IMG/VR virus record: IMGVR_UViG_3300022746_000020
Coordinates: 1-64,000 of that record
Length of the DNA stretch: 64,000 nucleotides
Source of the DNA: a virus
Lineage: Duplodnaviria; Caudoviricetes
Strand: one strand, 5' to 3'
Under the pieces are notes generated by a model. The model was not told the origin of the DNA. It ran no database searches and worked only from the letters and a program-made list of their open reading frames with translations. Below are positions 10,170-20,505 of the stretch, piece by piece (the stretch's first letter is position 1; each line of letters opens with the position of its first letter). A program made the translations under genes and the position numbers.

Positions 10170-13100
10170 ATGCCATTAGACAAACAGTCGACAACTCTAA
10201 GACAATCGCCTTACTTCGACGACTACAACGAAGAAAGCAACTATCATAGAGTATTGTTTAAGCCATCGGTGGCTGTACAAGCGCGCGAGTTGACTCAACT
10301 GCAAACAATCTTGCAAAACCAGATCGAGCGCTTTGGTGATAACATATATCAAACAGGCACTATCATCAAGGGATGTTCCTTGATCACTGATTCTGAGTAT
10401 CACTATGTAAAGTTGTTCGATTTGCAACCGAGTGGTGATAACTATTCAATCTCGGCGCTCGTCAATACCTACGTCGTCGAATCGACAAGTAATCTGCATG
10501 CACTGACCGTCAACTATGCACAAGGCGGCCAGCAGCTCGATCCAGACTTGAACACATTGTACTTGAAGTACTTGAACACTGGTATCAATGGCGAAAAGAC
10601 ATATAGCAACAACTCCGTTCTCACTTCCTACCACCGCGATTATCGCGTCGAATCTATCAGCGTTGTTGATGGCGGTACGTTGTACTCTAACAGCGACGTT
10701 GTTGGGTTCGTAAGCAATACTGGATCCGGTGCAAGTGCTCAAATTATCACGTATGCTAACGGTACAATCCGTAGTGTGAATGTCGTTGAGCGAGGAATCG
10801 GCTACACTACGATTCCAGACATCACCATCACGTCTACGAATGGTGCTGGCGCTGTATTGAACGTGGTCAACTACCTTGCTCAAGTGCAGGTTGCTAATAG
10901 CGTATATACTGCACCAGTTGGCCGCGGTACTGCTATCAAGACGTCCGATGGTGTTATATACCAAAAAGGTCACTTCATCCGCGTCGCTGCACATGAAACG
11001 ATTCTTTCGAAATATGATACGACACCTAATAACGTTGCAGTTGGTTTCGTTACTAGCGAAGCTGTTGTTAACAGCAACTCTGATCAAACATTGCTTGACA
11101 ATGCTGGTGGCACCACTAACTATACAGCTCCAGGCGCAGACCGTCTCAAGTTGACAGCTAACCTAGTCGCATTGTCTGTAGCTAATGCGGCAAGCAATAA
11201 CGAATTCTTGACGTTATATGAATACCAAGATGGTCGCGTCATAAAGGACCGCACATTTACACAATACAACTCGATCAACAAAGAGTTGGCTCGTCGTACA
11301 TATGAAGAGTCAGGTAACTACGTCGTTAACCCATTTACATTGTATTCTGAATCAATCGCAAGCAACACAACTCATCTAAGTATGGTTGTTGGTGCTGGTG
11401 TTGGCTACGTTGAAGGCGGTCGTGTTGAGATTATGAACAACACACGCTACCCTATCCGCAAGGCTACAGATACAGCAACAGATACAACACAAACCATCGC
11501 TACCAACTATGGCGGCTATGTGTTGGTGAAAGAACTGATGGGCAACTTTGATGTAAAGAATGCATCTACCGTCACTCTGTACAATGACCCATCTGCCCCA
11601 CTCGGCCGTCTCGCAATCAGCGCTGGCAATGGCATTGGAGCACCGTCTGGAGGCGTCCAAATCGGCACAGCTCGTGTGCGTTCATTGGCATACGATTCTG
11701 GAACCCCAGGATCTGCAGAGTGTACATATCGTATGTACCTGTTCGACGTACAAATGTCGCCAGGATATGCCTTCAAAGATGTACGTACTGTATTGTATAA
11801 CAGCACAGGTGTTGCAGACATTATTTGGGATTCGGCACTCGGCTATGCAGTGCAATATGATGCCGATTTTGATCGTTTGATATTTGAAACTGGTACATTT
11901 GCCGTCCAACAGCTCGACAACGAAGTTGTAATCGATCGTACATCGAACAACACAGGTTCGTTTACGTTGTCTGGTGACTTGAGTATCTCGTTGGGTAGTG
12001 GCGTTCAGTTCCCATACGAAGCTAGCTCTACGCTGAATACTATTCAAGAGCGCGATTTCATCGTTATCCCAAGCAGCGCGATGACTAAGTCATCGAATAA
12101 TAGTGGTACTGTTACAGTCACGTCTGGCGCTAACACTGTGACGGGCACTGGTACGTTGTTTACTACAGAATATACTGTTGGTCAATATATCAAAGTCGGT
12201 AATACCAGCGTATCTGGCAACACTGCACTGATTACGCGCATCATCTCCAACACATCGATACAGGTGTCTACAAACTGGGGTGCTTCGTGGACAGGCAACG
12301 CTCACCACACCACATATCCAGCTAACGTGCCTATCGATTTTGCACCAACCGGTCGTACAATCGCTACTGATTCTACACGTAGTGCGATTACAGTCTCTTT
12401 GGGTCACCCAATTACGGCGACTGCTGGCGCTACAGTCTACCACGATGCCGAGTTCGACTCTCCTGCTGTTCGTGTTAAGACAGCTAACACATATTATGTA
12501 AAGATTTCTAATACAGCGACTACTACATCAACACGTGGTCCATGGAGCTTAGGTATTCCTGACGTAGTAGATTTGGTCGGCGTATATGTTGGCACAGGCA
12601 CATCATACGCTAACACATCTACGACAAACTACCGTGACAGTTTTGTAATCGACAGTGGACAGACAGACAACTTCTACGGCCTATCTACATTGAAGATTCG
12701 CCCAGGTGCTTCTATTTCGCTGACGAACAAGAACCTGTTGGTCGTCGTTAAGGCGATGACGCACGGCGTTGGTACATACATCTCTACAGAATCATATAGT
12801 GGTTCGATCGACGACACAACCAACCCATTGCCAAGCAACAAGATCAGAACTCAGGACATCCCTGTGTTTGTATCACCAAAGACTGGTAAGGCATACGATC
12901 TTCGTAACGTGATTGACTTCCGTCCTATCTGTTCAAACACAGCTGTTATGGCCACCGATGCTGCTACTGCAACAATCGATCCAAGCAGCACGGTGACGTT
13001 CGCTGCTACAGATAAGAAGTTCCCTTCACCAACAAGATCGTTCACTGGCTCGGTAACATCATATCTTGCCCGCCGTGACAGAATTATCATCGACAAGGTT

Positions 13101-16100
13101 GGTTCTATCCGTATCGTTGAAGGTACTCCGTCCAACTCTCCATCTGTTCCAGTGGAACCAGAAGGATGTATGACGATCGGTGTTGTCAACGTACCACCAT
13201 ATCCAAGTCTATCTGCCAAAGACGCTGCCGATAGTGGCCGCCCAGACCTTGGCGTATATGTGCTTCCACAACAAAACCGTAGATACACGATGAAGGATAT
13301 TTCCGACATCGAAGGACGTATCAGCCGTTTGGAATACTATACTCTATTGAACACATTGGAAACCAGCACCAAGCAAATGGTGCTGCCAGGTGAAGCAAAC
13401 TCTTCGATTGAGCGCTTCAAGAACGGGTTCTTTGTAGATCCAATGACTGATTATAACGTATCTAACCTTCAAGATCCTGAGTACAAGATCTTGATTGATA
13501 CAGTTAGTGGCATTGCACGTCCATACTTCTCAGATGCTCGCGTCGACCTTCAATTCAACGAAGCAGCAAGCTCGAATGTCAGCAGACACGGCGACCACGT
13601 ATTGCTCAATTACAGCAATACGACGATCATGTTGAGTCAGCCTACTGCTACCAAGGAGCGTACGCTCGTTGACCAGTATTGGAGATATGTTGGTAACTTG
13701 ACAACAGTTCCTTCATTTGACAGCTACTACGATATTGCAAATACGTCCGTATCTGTCGTCATCGACTTGGCTTCTCCGCTGAACAGCCTTGCACAAGCTA
13801 CGTCTGCAGCTCTTTCACAATTGAAAGTTAACACCAACGTACTCGGCTCTGTTAATGCTGGAAGTTCATATTTGATCAGCCAATCTGGATTGACTCAAAC
13901 ATGGAGACAAGACGTCAACACTGCTCTCAATGATACTAAGGTAACATTGTCTGGTGGCGTTACAACTTCAAACGCAACGACAGTTGATATCTTGAATAGT
14001 TTGGAGCTGCAACAATACATTCGTGATCAACGCATCCATTTCGTGAGCACCGGCCTACGTCCAGGCGCACGTCACTGGGTATACTTTGATGGCGTGCAGA
14101 TCTCCGACAGAGCAGCTCCTGCTCAAGTTGATCTGACATTATCACAATTGCTACCAACATCATTCGTCGCAACAGGAACAATCGGTTCTCCGTTAGTGGC
14201 TAATAGTTCTGGCGTGATTGCTGGCTATATCGACCTTCCAAAGTCGACATACTTCGTCGGTGAGCGCTCTGTTGTATTGATGGACGTTGATAATGTCGTA
14301 TCAGAAGCTACTGCAACGTCGCGTGGCCTCGGTAAGTTTACTGCATATGCATTCTCTGGAAACAGAACAAATCTATCGATCTCTACTAAGACTATCGACG
14401 TGGCTGGCGGAAGCGGTTTCTCTGCAACAAACTACTTGTCTGCAACATACTATCGCAACGATCATACTGATTTCCATGTTCAGTTACCTAACCCAGACCC
14501 ACTAGCACAGACATTCAAGGTGCAGTCGACTGGCGATCAAACTGATGGCATTTTTGTTACAAGCGTTGATGTGTTCTTCAAGGCAAAAGATGTTTCACAA
14601 GGTGTTACACTAGAGCTCCGTGAAACAGTGAATGGTGTTCCGGCATCTGTTATTGTTCCGTTCTCACGTGTATACAAGACAAGCAGTCAAGTATCAGTCA
14701 GTAACAACGCAACGGCTGCTACAACGTTTGAATTTGTAACTCCAGTATACCTAAGAGCAAATAGCGATTACGCTATCGTATTGTATCCTGATGCTAACAC
14801 ACCAGAATACCGCATCTACACTGCTCGCGTTGGTTACAAAGACTTGACAAATCCTAGCTTGACAGTCAACCAAAACTGGGGTCTTGGAACTCTGTTCTAT
14901 TCGACGTCTGGTTCTGTATGGACACCTGTTCAAGACGAGGATTTGAAGTTCACTATCAAACGTGCTGTATTCCAAAGCACTAATGGTACTGCTGTTCTCA
15001 ACAACGGCGACTATGAATTCTTATCAATCAATGCTGCATCTGGTACTGTTCGTGGTGGCGAAGCTATTGCTCAGCTCCACCCAAGCAACTATCTGAATAC
15101 AACGCTTATGACATCAACGGCGACTAACGTGATTGGTACTAGCACCAACATGACATCGTCGCTTGCTGCTGGCGATAACGTATTGATCATCTATGGTAAT
15201 AACCAAACAGTAAGTACTGGTAATGTTACTGTCAGCTCGACAATCGTAACGAACGCTGCTGGCCAAACAACATCGTTCAATACAGATTACAGCAACGGCA
15301 GCTTCATCAAGCTCGGTAGCTCGGCAAACGGTGAAATCCGTCAAGTTGTATCTGTTACAAACAGCTCGATGATGATTATCGATGCTCCGATCGTCGGCAA
15401 CACGACAAGCACACAGCAATACCGTATCTCTCCTGTATTCCAGGTAGCAAAGGTATTGGCTGCTAACTCGTCTACAATCACATTGAACAAGTCTGCATCG
15501 ACTACCACGTCTGCTACTGTTCAAGCTACGATCCAAAAAGTCGTAGCAGGTACTGTTGACACATACGATTATGGCAACAACATCATCTACATCAACAACT
15601 CCTCGTCCGCAAACGACACATTCAAGTTCTTTACTTCGAATAGCACATATCGTGGAACGATTGTTGGCGATACTACACAAGCTACGGCTGAAGTTACTGG
15701 TATCAATAACATTAGTGTCAACTTCTTCAAACCATTCTTCAGCACGATCGTGACTCCTGGAACATCGTTGTCGTTGACGTCGACATTCACACTGCAAAAT
15801 ACAGGTGCTACTGATACGAAGTTGTATGAACTTGGAATGTTGAACAAATTGACGTTCAATGATAGCGCTATGATTAAGAGTCGTAGTAACGAGATCGTTG
15901 GTTCTGTTGTCAATAAGTCATTCTCTGTATCGATGAGCTACAGCACGTCTTCAACAGACACATCTCCCGTACTCGACGTCAACCCTATCAGCGTAATCAC
16001 TACACGCAACTTGATCAACGACTCTACCACAAACGAAACAACACGTTATGGTAGCGCATTGAGCAAGTATATCTCTAAGCGTCTTGCGCTGACAGAAGGT

Positions 16101-16724
16101 ATGGATGCGGAAGACGTTAAAGTGTTCTTGACAGCATACAAGCCAACAGGTACCAACATCGACGTTTATGCTAAGGTGTTGAACTTCAGCGATGGCGAAC
16201 TGTTCGAGGATAAGGATTGGACATTGCTTGAGCAATCAACATCTCCATATATGTACAGTGATTCGTTGAATGATCAAGACTATCGTGAGTATGAGTACAC
16301 ATTCCCACAAACTGCACCTTCGTTGCAACTAAGTGGTGTAGCTCAAACATACACTAACACCACAATCACGGGTATTGGTACAGCGTTCGATACGTACTTG
16401 GCTGCTGGCGATTTCATCAAGGTCGTCAAATCAAATACACTGACTGACTATGATATGCTGCGCGTAGCTTCTGCTAACAGCAGCACAATCACAACAACGA
16501 CAGATGTTTCATTCACATCGACTGGCTGTACAATTGAGAAAGTCACTCAGCCGAAAGCTGCGTTTAAATACTGCCGTAATAGCTACATTGTACGCTACCA
16601 CGGTCTAACTGGTGCGGCATATGATACGTATAAGTATTTGGCTATCAAGATTGTATTGAGATCTCCATACTCATACTTGGTACCAACAGTCAATGACGTT
16701 CGTGCACTCGCAGTATCGGTATGA
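10170..16724 (+). CDS. Large virion structural protein, DUF4815/VrlC-like
   Basis: SPYFDDY....NYHRVLFKPSVAVQARELTQLQTILQNQIERFG; APGADRLK; LARRTYEESGNY; RYTMKDI..IEGRISRLEYYT; RFKNGFFVD; DPLAQTF. Confidence 0.85.
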   Translation: MPLDKQSTTLRQSPYFDDYNEESNYHRVLFKPSVAVQARELTQLQTILQNQIERFGDNIYQTGTIIKGCSLITDSEYHYVKLFDLQPSGDNYSISALVNTYVVESTSNLHALTVNYAQGGQQLDPDLNTLYLKYLNTGINGEKTYSNNSVLTSYHRDYRVESISVVDGGTLYSNSDVVGFVSNTGSGASAQIITYANGTIRSVNVVERGIGYTTIPDITITSTNGAGAVLNVVNYLAQVQVANSVYTAPVGRGTAIKTSDGVIYQKGHFIRVAAHETILSKYDTTPNNVAVGFVTSEAVVNSNSDQTLLDNAGGTTNYTAPGADRLKLTANLVALSVANAASNNEFLTLYEYQDGRVIKDRTFTQYNSINKELARRTYEESGNYVVNPFTLYSESIASNTTHLSMVVGAGVGYVEGGRVEIMNNTRYPIRKATDTATDTTQTIATNYGGYVLVKELMGNFDVKNASTVTLYNDPSAPLGRLAISAGNGIGAPSGGVQIGTARVRSLAYDSGTPGSAECTYRMYLFDVQMSPGYAFKDVRTVLYNSTGVADIIWDSALGYAVQYDADFDRLIFETGTFAVQQLDNEVVIDRTSNNTGSFTLSGDLSISLGSGVQFPYEASSTLNTIQERDFIVIPSSAMTKSSNNSGTVTVTSGANTVTGTGTLFTTEYTVGQYIKVGNTSVSGNTALITRIISNTSIQVSTNWGASWTGNAHHTTYPANVPIDFAPTGRTIATDSTRSAITVSLGHPITATAGATVYHDAEFDSPAVRVKTANTYYVKISNTATTTSTRGPWSLGIPDVVDLVGVYVGTGTSYANTSTTNYRDSFVIDSGQTDNFYGLSTLKIRPGASISLTNKNLLVVVKAMTHGVGTYISTESYSGSIDDTTNPLPSNKIRTQDIPVFVSPKTGKAYDLRNVIDFRPICSNTAVMATDAATATIDPSSTVTFAATDKKFPSPTRSFTGSVTSYLARRDRIIIDKVGSIRIVEGTPSNSPSVPVEPEGCMTIGVVNVPPYPSLSAKDAADSGRPDLGVYVLPQQNRRYTMKDISDIEGRISRLEYYTLLNTLETSTKQMVLPGEANSSIERFKNGFFVDPMTDYNVSNLQDPEYKILIDTVSGIARPYFSDARVDLQFNEAASSNVSRHGDHVLLNYSNTTIMLSQPTATKERTLVDQYWRYVGNLTTVPSFDSYYDIANTSVSVVIDLASPLNSLAQATSAALSQLKVNTNVLGSVNAGSSYLISQSGLTQTWRQDVNTALNDTKVTLSGGVTTSNATTVDILNSLELQQYIRDQRIHFVSTGLRPGARHWVYFDGVQISDRAAPAQVDLTLSQLLPTSFVATGTIGSPLVANSSGVIAGYIDLPKSTYFVGERSVVLMDVDNVVSEATATSRGLGKFTAYAFSGNRTNLSISTKTIDVAGGSGFSATNYLSATYYRNDHTDFHVQLPNPDPLAQTFKVQSTGDQTDGIFVTSVDVFFKAKDVSQGVTLELRETVNGVPASVIVPFSRVYKTSSQVSVSNNATAATTFEFVTPVYLRANSDYAIVLYPDANTPEYRIYTARVGYKDLTNPSLTVNQNWGLGTLFYSTSGSVWTPVQDEDLKFTIKRAVFQSTNGTAVLNNGDYEFLSINAASGTVRGGEAIAQLHPSNYLNTTLMTSTATNVIGTSTNMTSSLAAGDNVLIIYGNNQTVSTGNVTVSSTIVTNAAGQTTSFNTDYSNGSFIKLGSSANGEIRQVVSVTNSSMMIIDAPIVGNTTSTQQYRISPVFQVAKVLAANSSTITLNKSASTTTSATVQATIQKVVAGTVDTYDYGNNIIYINNSSSANDTFKFFTSNSTYRGTIVGDTTQATAEVTGINNISVNFFKPFFSTIVTPGTSLSLTSTFTLQNTGATDTKLYELGMLNKLTFNDSAMIKSRSNEIVGSVVNKSFSVSMSYSTSSTDTSPVLDVNPISVITTRNLINDSTTNETTRYGSALSKYISKRLALTEGMDAEDVKVFLTAYKPTGTNIDVYAKVLNFSDGELFEDKDWTLLEQSTSPYMYSDSLNDQDYREYEYTFPQTAPSLQLSGVAQTYTNTTITGIGTAFDTYLAAGDFIKVVKSNTLTDYDMLRVASANSSTITTTTDVSFTSTGCTIEKVTQPKAAFKYCRNSYIVRYHGLTGAAYDTYKYLAIKIVLRSPYSYLVPTVNDVRALAVSV

Positions 16725-16939
16725 TATTACAAACTACCGATACTAACTTTGCGCGTGATACAGAGAGTCACGCGGTAATAAATACAAATACTACCGCGTA
16801 CATGCTCTACAAACAACAGCGAGATAAGTCACGCACGATCGACGCTCTCGCTGATGAAGTCAGCGATTTGAAGAATGACATCAGCGAAATAAAACAATTA
16901 TTAGGACAATTGATTAAACATGCCTCTACTAATAGCTAA
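16721..16939 (+). CDS. Small conserved coiled-coil protein of T4-like phages
   Basis: RD..SHAVINT....Y..YK followed by heptad L.NDISEIKQLL; ATGA-coupled to the upstream gene. Confidence 0.7.
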   Translation: MILQTTDTNFARDTESHAVINTNTTAYMLYKQQRDKSRTIDALADEVSDLKNDISEIKQLLGQLIKHASTNS

Positions 16940-17723
16940 CGTAAACCCAACATCTGACACGTTTCAGTCTTGGGTAGATAAAACGAATCAGATCGCTGAT
17001 GCTATGTCTACTGTTGTCCTTACGACAGCAGCTAACTCAGTTGGTGGACAGAATAGCGCAAACGCCTTCGTTAATGGCATCTTTGCAGCTCAGACGATGG
17101 TTGCAGTTGGAGAGTTGAGAGGCGGTGGTGTTACTTCGTCCGCCAACCTCATCATTTCATCGAACGCACATTTTACTGGTGCCAACCTAAGCGCTGCAAC
17201 CACATACCTTAACCTACAAGCAACTGCTACTCTTGCTAATACTACTACCCTGACAATCAACGGAACGACTGCTAACGTCGCTTCCAATCTATATGTCAAA
17301 GGCACGTCGCTTACAGTCGTATCTACAGGCCGCGTTGGTATCAACACTGCAACGGCTGATGCTGCATTAACTGTGTCAGGAAGCGCTAACGTTTCTCAAG
17401 CGTTGTATGTTGGCACGACAACAACATTAAATGGTAACGTTGTTGCTACAGCTAACGTTACATTATATAACGCAGCAAACAATACTCAAGGTATATTGTA
17501 CTTCGGCAACACCGCAACACGATATATGCAATATGACGGCACTAAGTTCGTCATAGCGACAGCTAACCTTCAAGTAAATGGATACATCACTGCCAGTGGC
17601 ATTACTACTGTAGGCAATACTGGTATTGATGGTGTAAACGTTGCTGCATTCAAATCGACCTATGATGGTCGTACTATTTTAAAAGTATATGATGTAAATG
17701 GCACTCAGCTATTTTCAATGTAA
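16920..17723 (+). CDS. Putative fibre / virion structural protein
   Basis: N-terminal DTFQSWVDKTN motif, beta-strand and Asn-rich stalk, C-terminal LKVYDVNGTQL. Confidence 0.65.
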   Translation: MPLLIANVNPTSDTFQSWVDKTNQIADAMSTVVLTTAANSVGGQNSANAFVNGIFAAQTMVAVGELRGGGVTSSANLIISSNAHFTGANLSAATTYLNLQATATLANTTTLTINGTTANVASNLYVKGTSLTVVSTGRVGINTATADAALTVSGSANVSQALYVGTTTTLNGNVVATANVTLYNAANNTQGILYFGNTATRYMQYDGTKFVIATANLQVNGYITASGITTVGNTGIDGVNVAAFKSTYDGRTILKVYDVNGTQLFSM

Positions 17724-17733
17724 TTGGTGATAT

Positions 17734-18717
17734 ATGGGTAGACCGTTAAAGATTGATGCATATGATGCGGGTAGCATTTCCTTGAAGGAGATGTCCAACG
17801 CCGACATATACAATGCTATTAGCTTTCATGTGCTCAAGGAGTTTGCTTCTAGTAGCAGCACTGGAAGCCTGGTAAGCCCTCAAGGCGGCGCTAGTAATAT
17901 AGGTAGCTTTGTTGATGTGTACCGCACATCGGCTCCAGGCACACATGATGGTACCGCCGGATATTTGTCATCATCGACAATTACCGTTGCACAATTAACC
18001 GGAACGATAAGCGAGACGTTCACGCGTCCTATTGGATGGTCAACAACTTTGTCTGCTTTGCAGGAAATGTCTGATGATGATATCAACACGTATATTATCG
18101 ATCCGGCGATCACAACAATGACCAATGGTGGACTTGGTTCTTACTACATCAGCTCCACTACTCCGAGCCATGTAGCTGGAGCCACGTGGACGCAAGTGTT
18201 CAGTATCAACGACTATGCATACACTGGTTCCAATGTAGGAACGACGTATGTGTGGCAGCTGACGAACTTGGCTACGCCAACTACACTTTACCCAATCAAG
18301 TGGAATAGTAGCAGCTCACTCCGCGAAATTGATCAAACAACAATCAAACTGTTGGTTCAACGTCTGCGTAACCGTATAATTAGCACTGGGCGAGGTACAT
18401 ACGCTATACAAGCAACAGCTCCTAGCTACGGCAGCTGGGCTCAGATGGGCGGTTCGTACACCGACACTCAACAAACAGCAGGCAACGTCGCATATACTGG
18501 CACGTATACCGGATCCTACACCGGTACATATGCTGGTACGTATTCTGGCACATACAGTACATGGTATGGTAGCTCGCACAATGATTATACTGGCTACTAC
18601 ACTGGTTATTATACTGGGTATTATACAGGCAACTATACAGGTTACTACACAGGCCTGACAGTAGGAAATACAACAGAGACAGTCGGTTCCGTTGCATTAT
18701 GGGTCCGCAGGAGTTAA
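17734..18717 (+). CDS. Putative virion protein with C-terminal YTGx tandem repeats
   Basis: 327 aa; three L(K/Q/R)E(M/I) internal repeats, then YTGT-YTGS-YTGT-YAGT-YSGT-YSTW-YGSSHND-(YTGx)x6. Confidence 0.7.
   Translation: MGRPLKIDAYDAGSISLKEMSNADIYNAISFHVLKEFASSSSTGSLVSPQGGASNIGSFVDVYRTSAPGTHDGTAGYLSSSTITVAQLTGTISETFTRPIGWSTTLSALQEMSDDDINTYIIDPAITTMTNGGLGSYYISSTTPSHVAGATWTQVFSINDYAYTGSNVGTTYVWQLTNLATPTTLYPIKWNSSSSLREIDQTTIKLLVQRLRNRIISTGRGTYAIQATAPSYGSWAQMGGSYTDTQQTAGNVAYTGTYTGSYTGTYAGTYSGTYSTWYGSSHNDYTGYYTGYYTGYYTGNYTGYYTGLTVGNTTETVGSVALWVRRS
18493..18654 (+). repeat. 12-nt-period coding repeat (YTGx), two arms of six units around a short loop
   Basis: tatactggcacg tataccggatcc tacaccggtaca ... 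tatactggctac tacactggttat tatactgggtat tatacaggcaac tatacaggttac tacacaggc. Confidence 0.9.
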
Positions 18718-18720
18718 TAA

Positions 18721-19164
18721 ATGAAAACAATACAAGCAATTGAAAATCCAATTTGGCAGGACGTCTCGACAAAAGATCGCATCATGGCTCGCTTCGTGTA
18801 TGATGATGGGAGCTCCAATGTCGTATCGTTTCCTGTAGACGAATCCAACGAAGACTACCAAGTGTTCCTACAACACAGCTCGCACGAAGATACGGAAACT
18901 AATACAGAGAACGTCCGTGCCGAACAGGCAGTCGCACGTGAGAAGAATGTCGCTCAAAGTTCAGATAGAGCAGAGCAAAAGCGTGCTAATGTTCTCTTTA
19001 ACGCCAAGATCGAAGCATTCGAGCACCCACTTGTACAAGCAGCGTCCAAGGCATGGAAGGCAAAAATTCGCAAAGCAACTACGACCGTTGAAGTTGTTGC
19101 TATTGTTGCAGCATTGATAATGATGAGTGGTGAGCCTGCAGATGAAGAGCCAGCAGCCGAGTAA
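18721..19164 (+). CDS. Hypothetical protein, possible chaperone of the YTG-repeat protein
   Basis: 147 aa, acidic. FPVDESNEDYQVFL resembles IPFDPANTDYQEYL of the small gene at 51434. Confidence 0.5.
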   Translation: MKTIQAIENPIWQDVSTKDRIMARFVYDDGSSNVVSFPVDESNEDYQVFLQHSSHEDTETNTENVRAEQAVAREKNVAQSSDRAEQKRANVLFNAKIEAFEHPLVQAASKAWKAKIRKATTTVEVVAIVAALIMMSGEPADEEPAAE

Positions 19165-19840
19165 TGGCTTTGTAGTAATAGCGTCTGTACACAAGAAGTA
19201 TGTACTGTCTGCTGTCATTCTAGCAGAGTCCATACGCGAGCATTTCCCTGCAGCTAATATAACTCTATATGCGCCAGCAGAGTTGCTAGATGGTGCAGAT
19301 CTCGATGCGTTTACTGATGTTGTTACAGACGGCGTTCCTAATGACCGTAGAGCTAAGTTGTGGGCCTTGAGTAGGACACCATATACGATTACGGCTTATC
19401 TTGATGCAGACACTGTGGTCGTGTCTCCAGAGATAGCTAACATATTTGACCAACTAAAAGACGATGATCTGATATTCACTAAGATCCGTCCATATAACTC
19501 CAACCGAAAAGGCTTCATTGAAGATCCAGAATACATTCGGCATGGCGGAGTATTCGTATATAACAATAAGCCTTCGACGATAAAGTTTATGGAGCAGTGG
19601 TGGATACTATGGTCGACCACAAGATATCAGGATGTATTTGCAGCGACGTATCCTGAATATCCAGCAAGAATGAAAGAGTGGGATCAGTTCTACCTATTCT
19701 ATCTTATCAAGCATACAGACCATGGACTGAAGCTAGGATTCTTCGAAGAAGATGCTCGATGGAATTTCGTAACTGGGTATCATAAAGAGGAACTGAACGG
19801 CAAACCTCCGATTATTGAGCACTACACTATTAAATTATGA
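19142..19840 (+). CDS. GT-A fold glycosyltransferase-like protein
   Basis: AKLWALSRTPYTITAYLDADT (DxD), GGVFVY, WDQFYL, RWNF, IIEHY. ATG at 19142 preferred over GTG at 19127. Confidence 0.75.
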   Translation: MKSQQPSNGFVVIASVHKKYVLSAVILAESIREHFPAANITLYAPAELLDGADLDAFTDVVTDGVPNDRRAKLWALSRTPYTITAYLDADTVVVSPEIANIFDQLKDDDLIFTKIRPYNSNRKGFIEDPEYIRHGGVFVYNNKPSTIKFMEQWWILWSTTRYQDVFAATYPEYPARMKEWDQFYLFYLIKHTDHGLKLGFFEEDARWNFVTGYHKEELNGKPPIIEHYTIKL

Positions 19841-20505
19841 TATTCGCTAACAAGCTTCCCAAACAATTATCTGATCAGCTGTATGACTTTAGCGATTGGT
19901 TCTTTAGCCAGTCACTACAAGACACAATAACTCCAAAGCCAAAGAACTTAGATACTCAGTATGCTGTTAGCAATGAGTATCTTGAGTTGATGAAGGCAAG
20001 GCCAGACAATGTTGGGTATCCAGAAGAATGTTATGGTGCAGATTTCAAAGATGTTGGTGTGTATGATACAAACATATACCTCAATCGTGTGCAGCAGCTT
20101 GACAAAGCACTGATGAGTTTTACTGGTAGCCGTAGTAATGCTTTGAAGATGTACTACCCTCCTGGTGGATATATCGGATGGCATAACAACGCAAATGCAC
20201 CTGGTTATAATATCTTGTTTACGTATAGCGAAACCGGCGAAGGTGATTTTAGGTACATACATCCTCAAACTGGCGAGCTAGTAATCATGCCCGATAAGAA
20301 GGGATGGAGCTGTAAAGTAGGATACTATGATGTCGTAGAGGGAGCTCCGTTATGGCACGCAGCCCATACTAATTGCAATAGATTAAACTGGGCTTACATT
20401 ATTCATCCCATGCTATGGACAGACATGGCAGATGAATTAGGCATCGATCCGAACGGTATAAGGGAAATATTTGGTAAGGACCCATACAATGGTCAATCTA
20501 ATTGA
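19837..20505 (+). CDS. Fe(II)/2OG oxygenase-like (DSBH) protein
   Basis: YYPPGGYIGWHNN...LWHAA....R pattern; H-x-N in place of H-x-D/E. Confidence 0.6.
   Translation: MIFANKLPKQLSDQLYDFSDWFFSQSLQDTITPKPKNLDTQYAVSNEYLELMKARPDNVGYPEECYGADFKDVGVYDTNIYLNRVQQLDKALMSFTGSRSNALKMYYPPGGYIGWHNNANAPGYNILFTYSETGEGDFRYIHPQTGELVIMPDKKGWSCKVGYYDVVEGAPLWHAAHTNCNRLNWAYIIHPMLWTDMADELGIDPNGIREIFGKDPYNGQSN

Noticed and set aside
16770-16799. 8-bp inverted repeat ACGCGGTA/TACCGCGT around an AATAAATA sequence
   Set aside because: It lies inside a coding region with a long loop and no U-tract; it could be chance, so it was not called.
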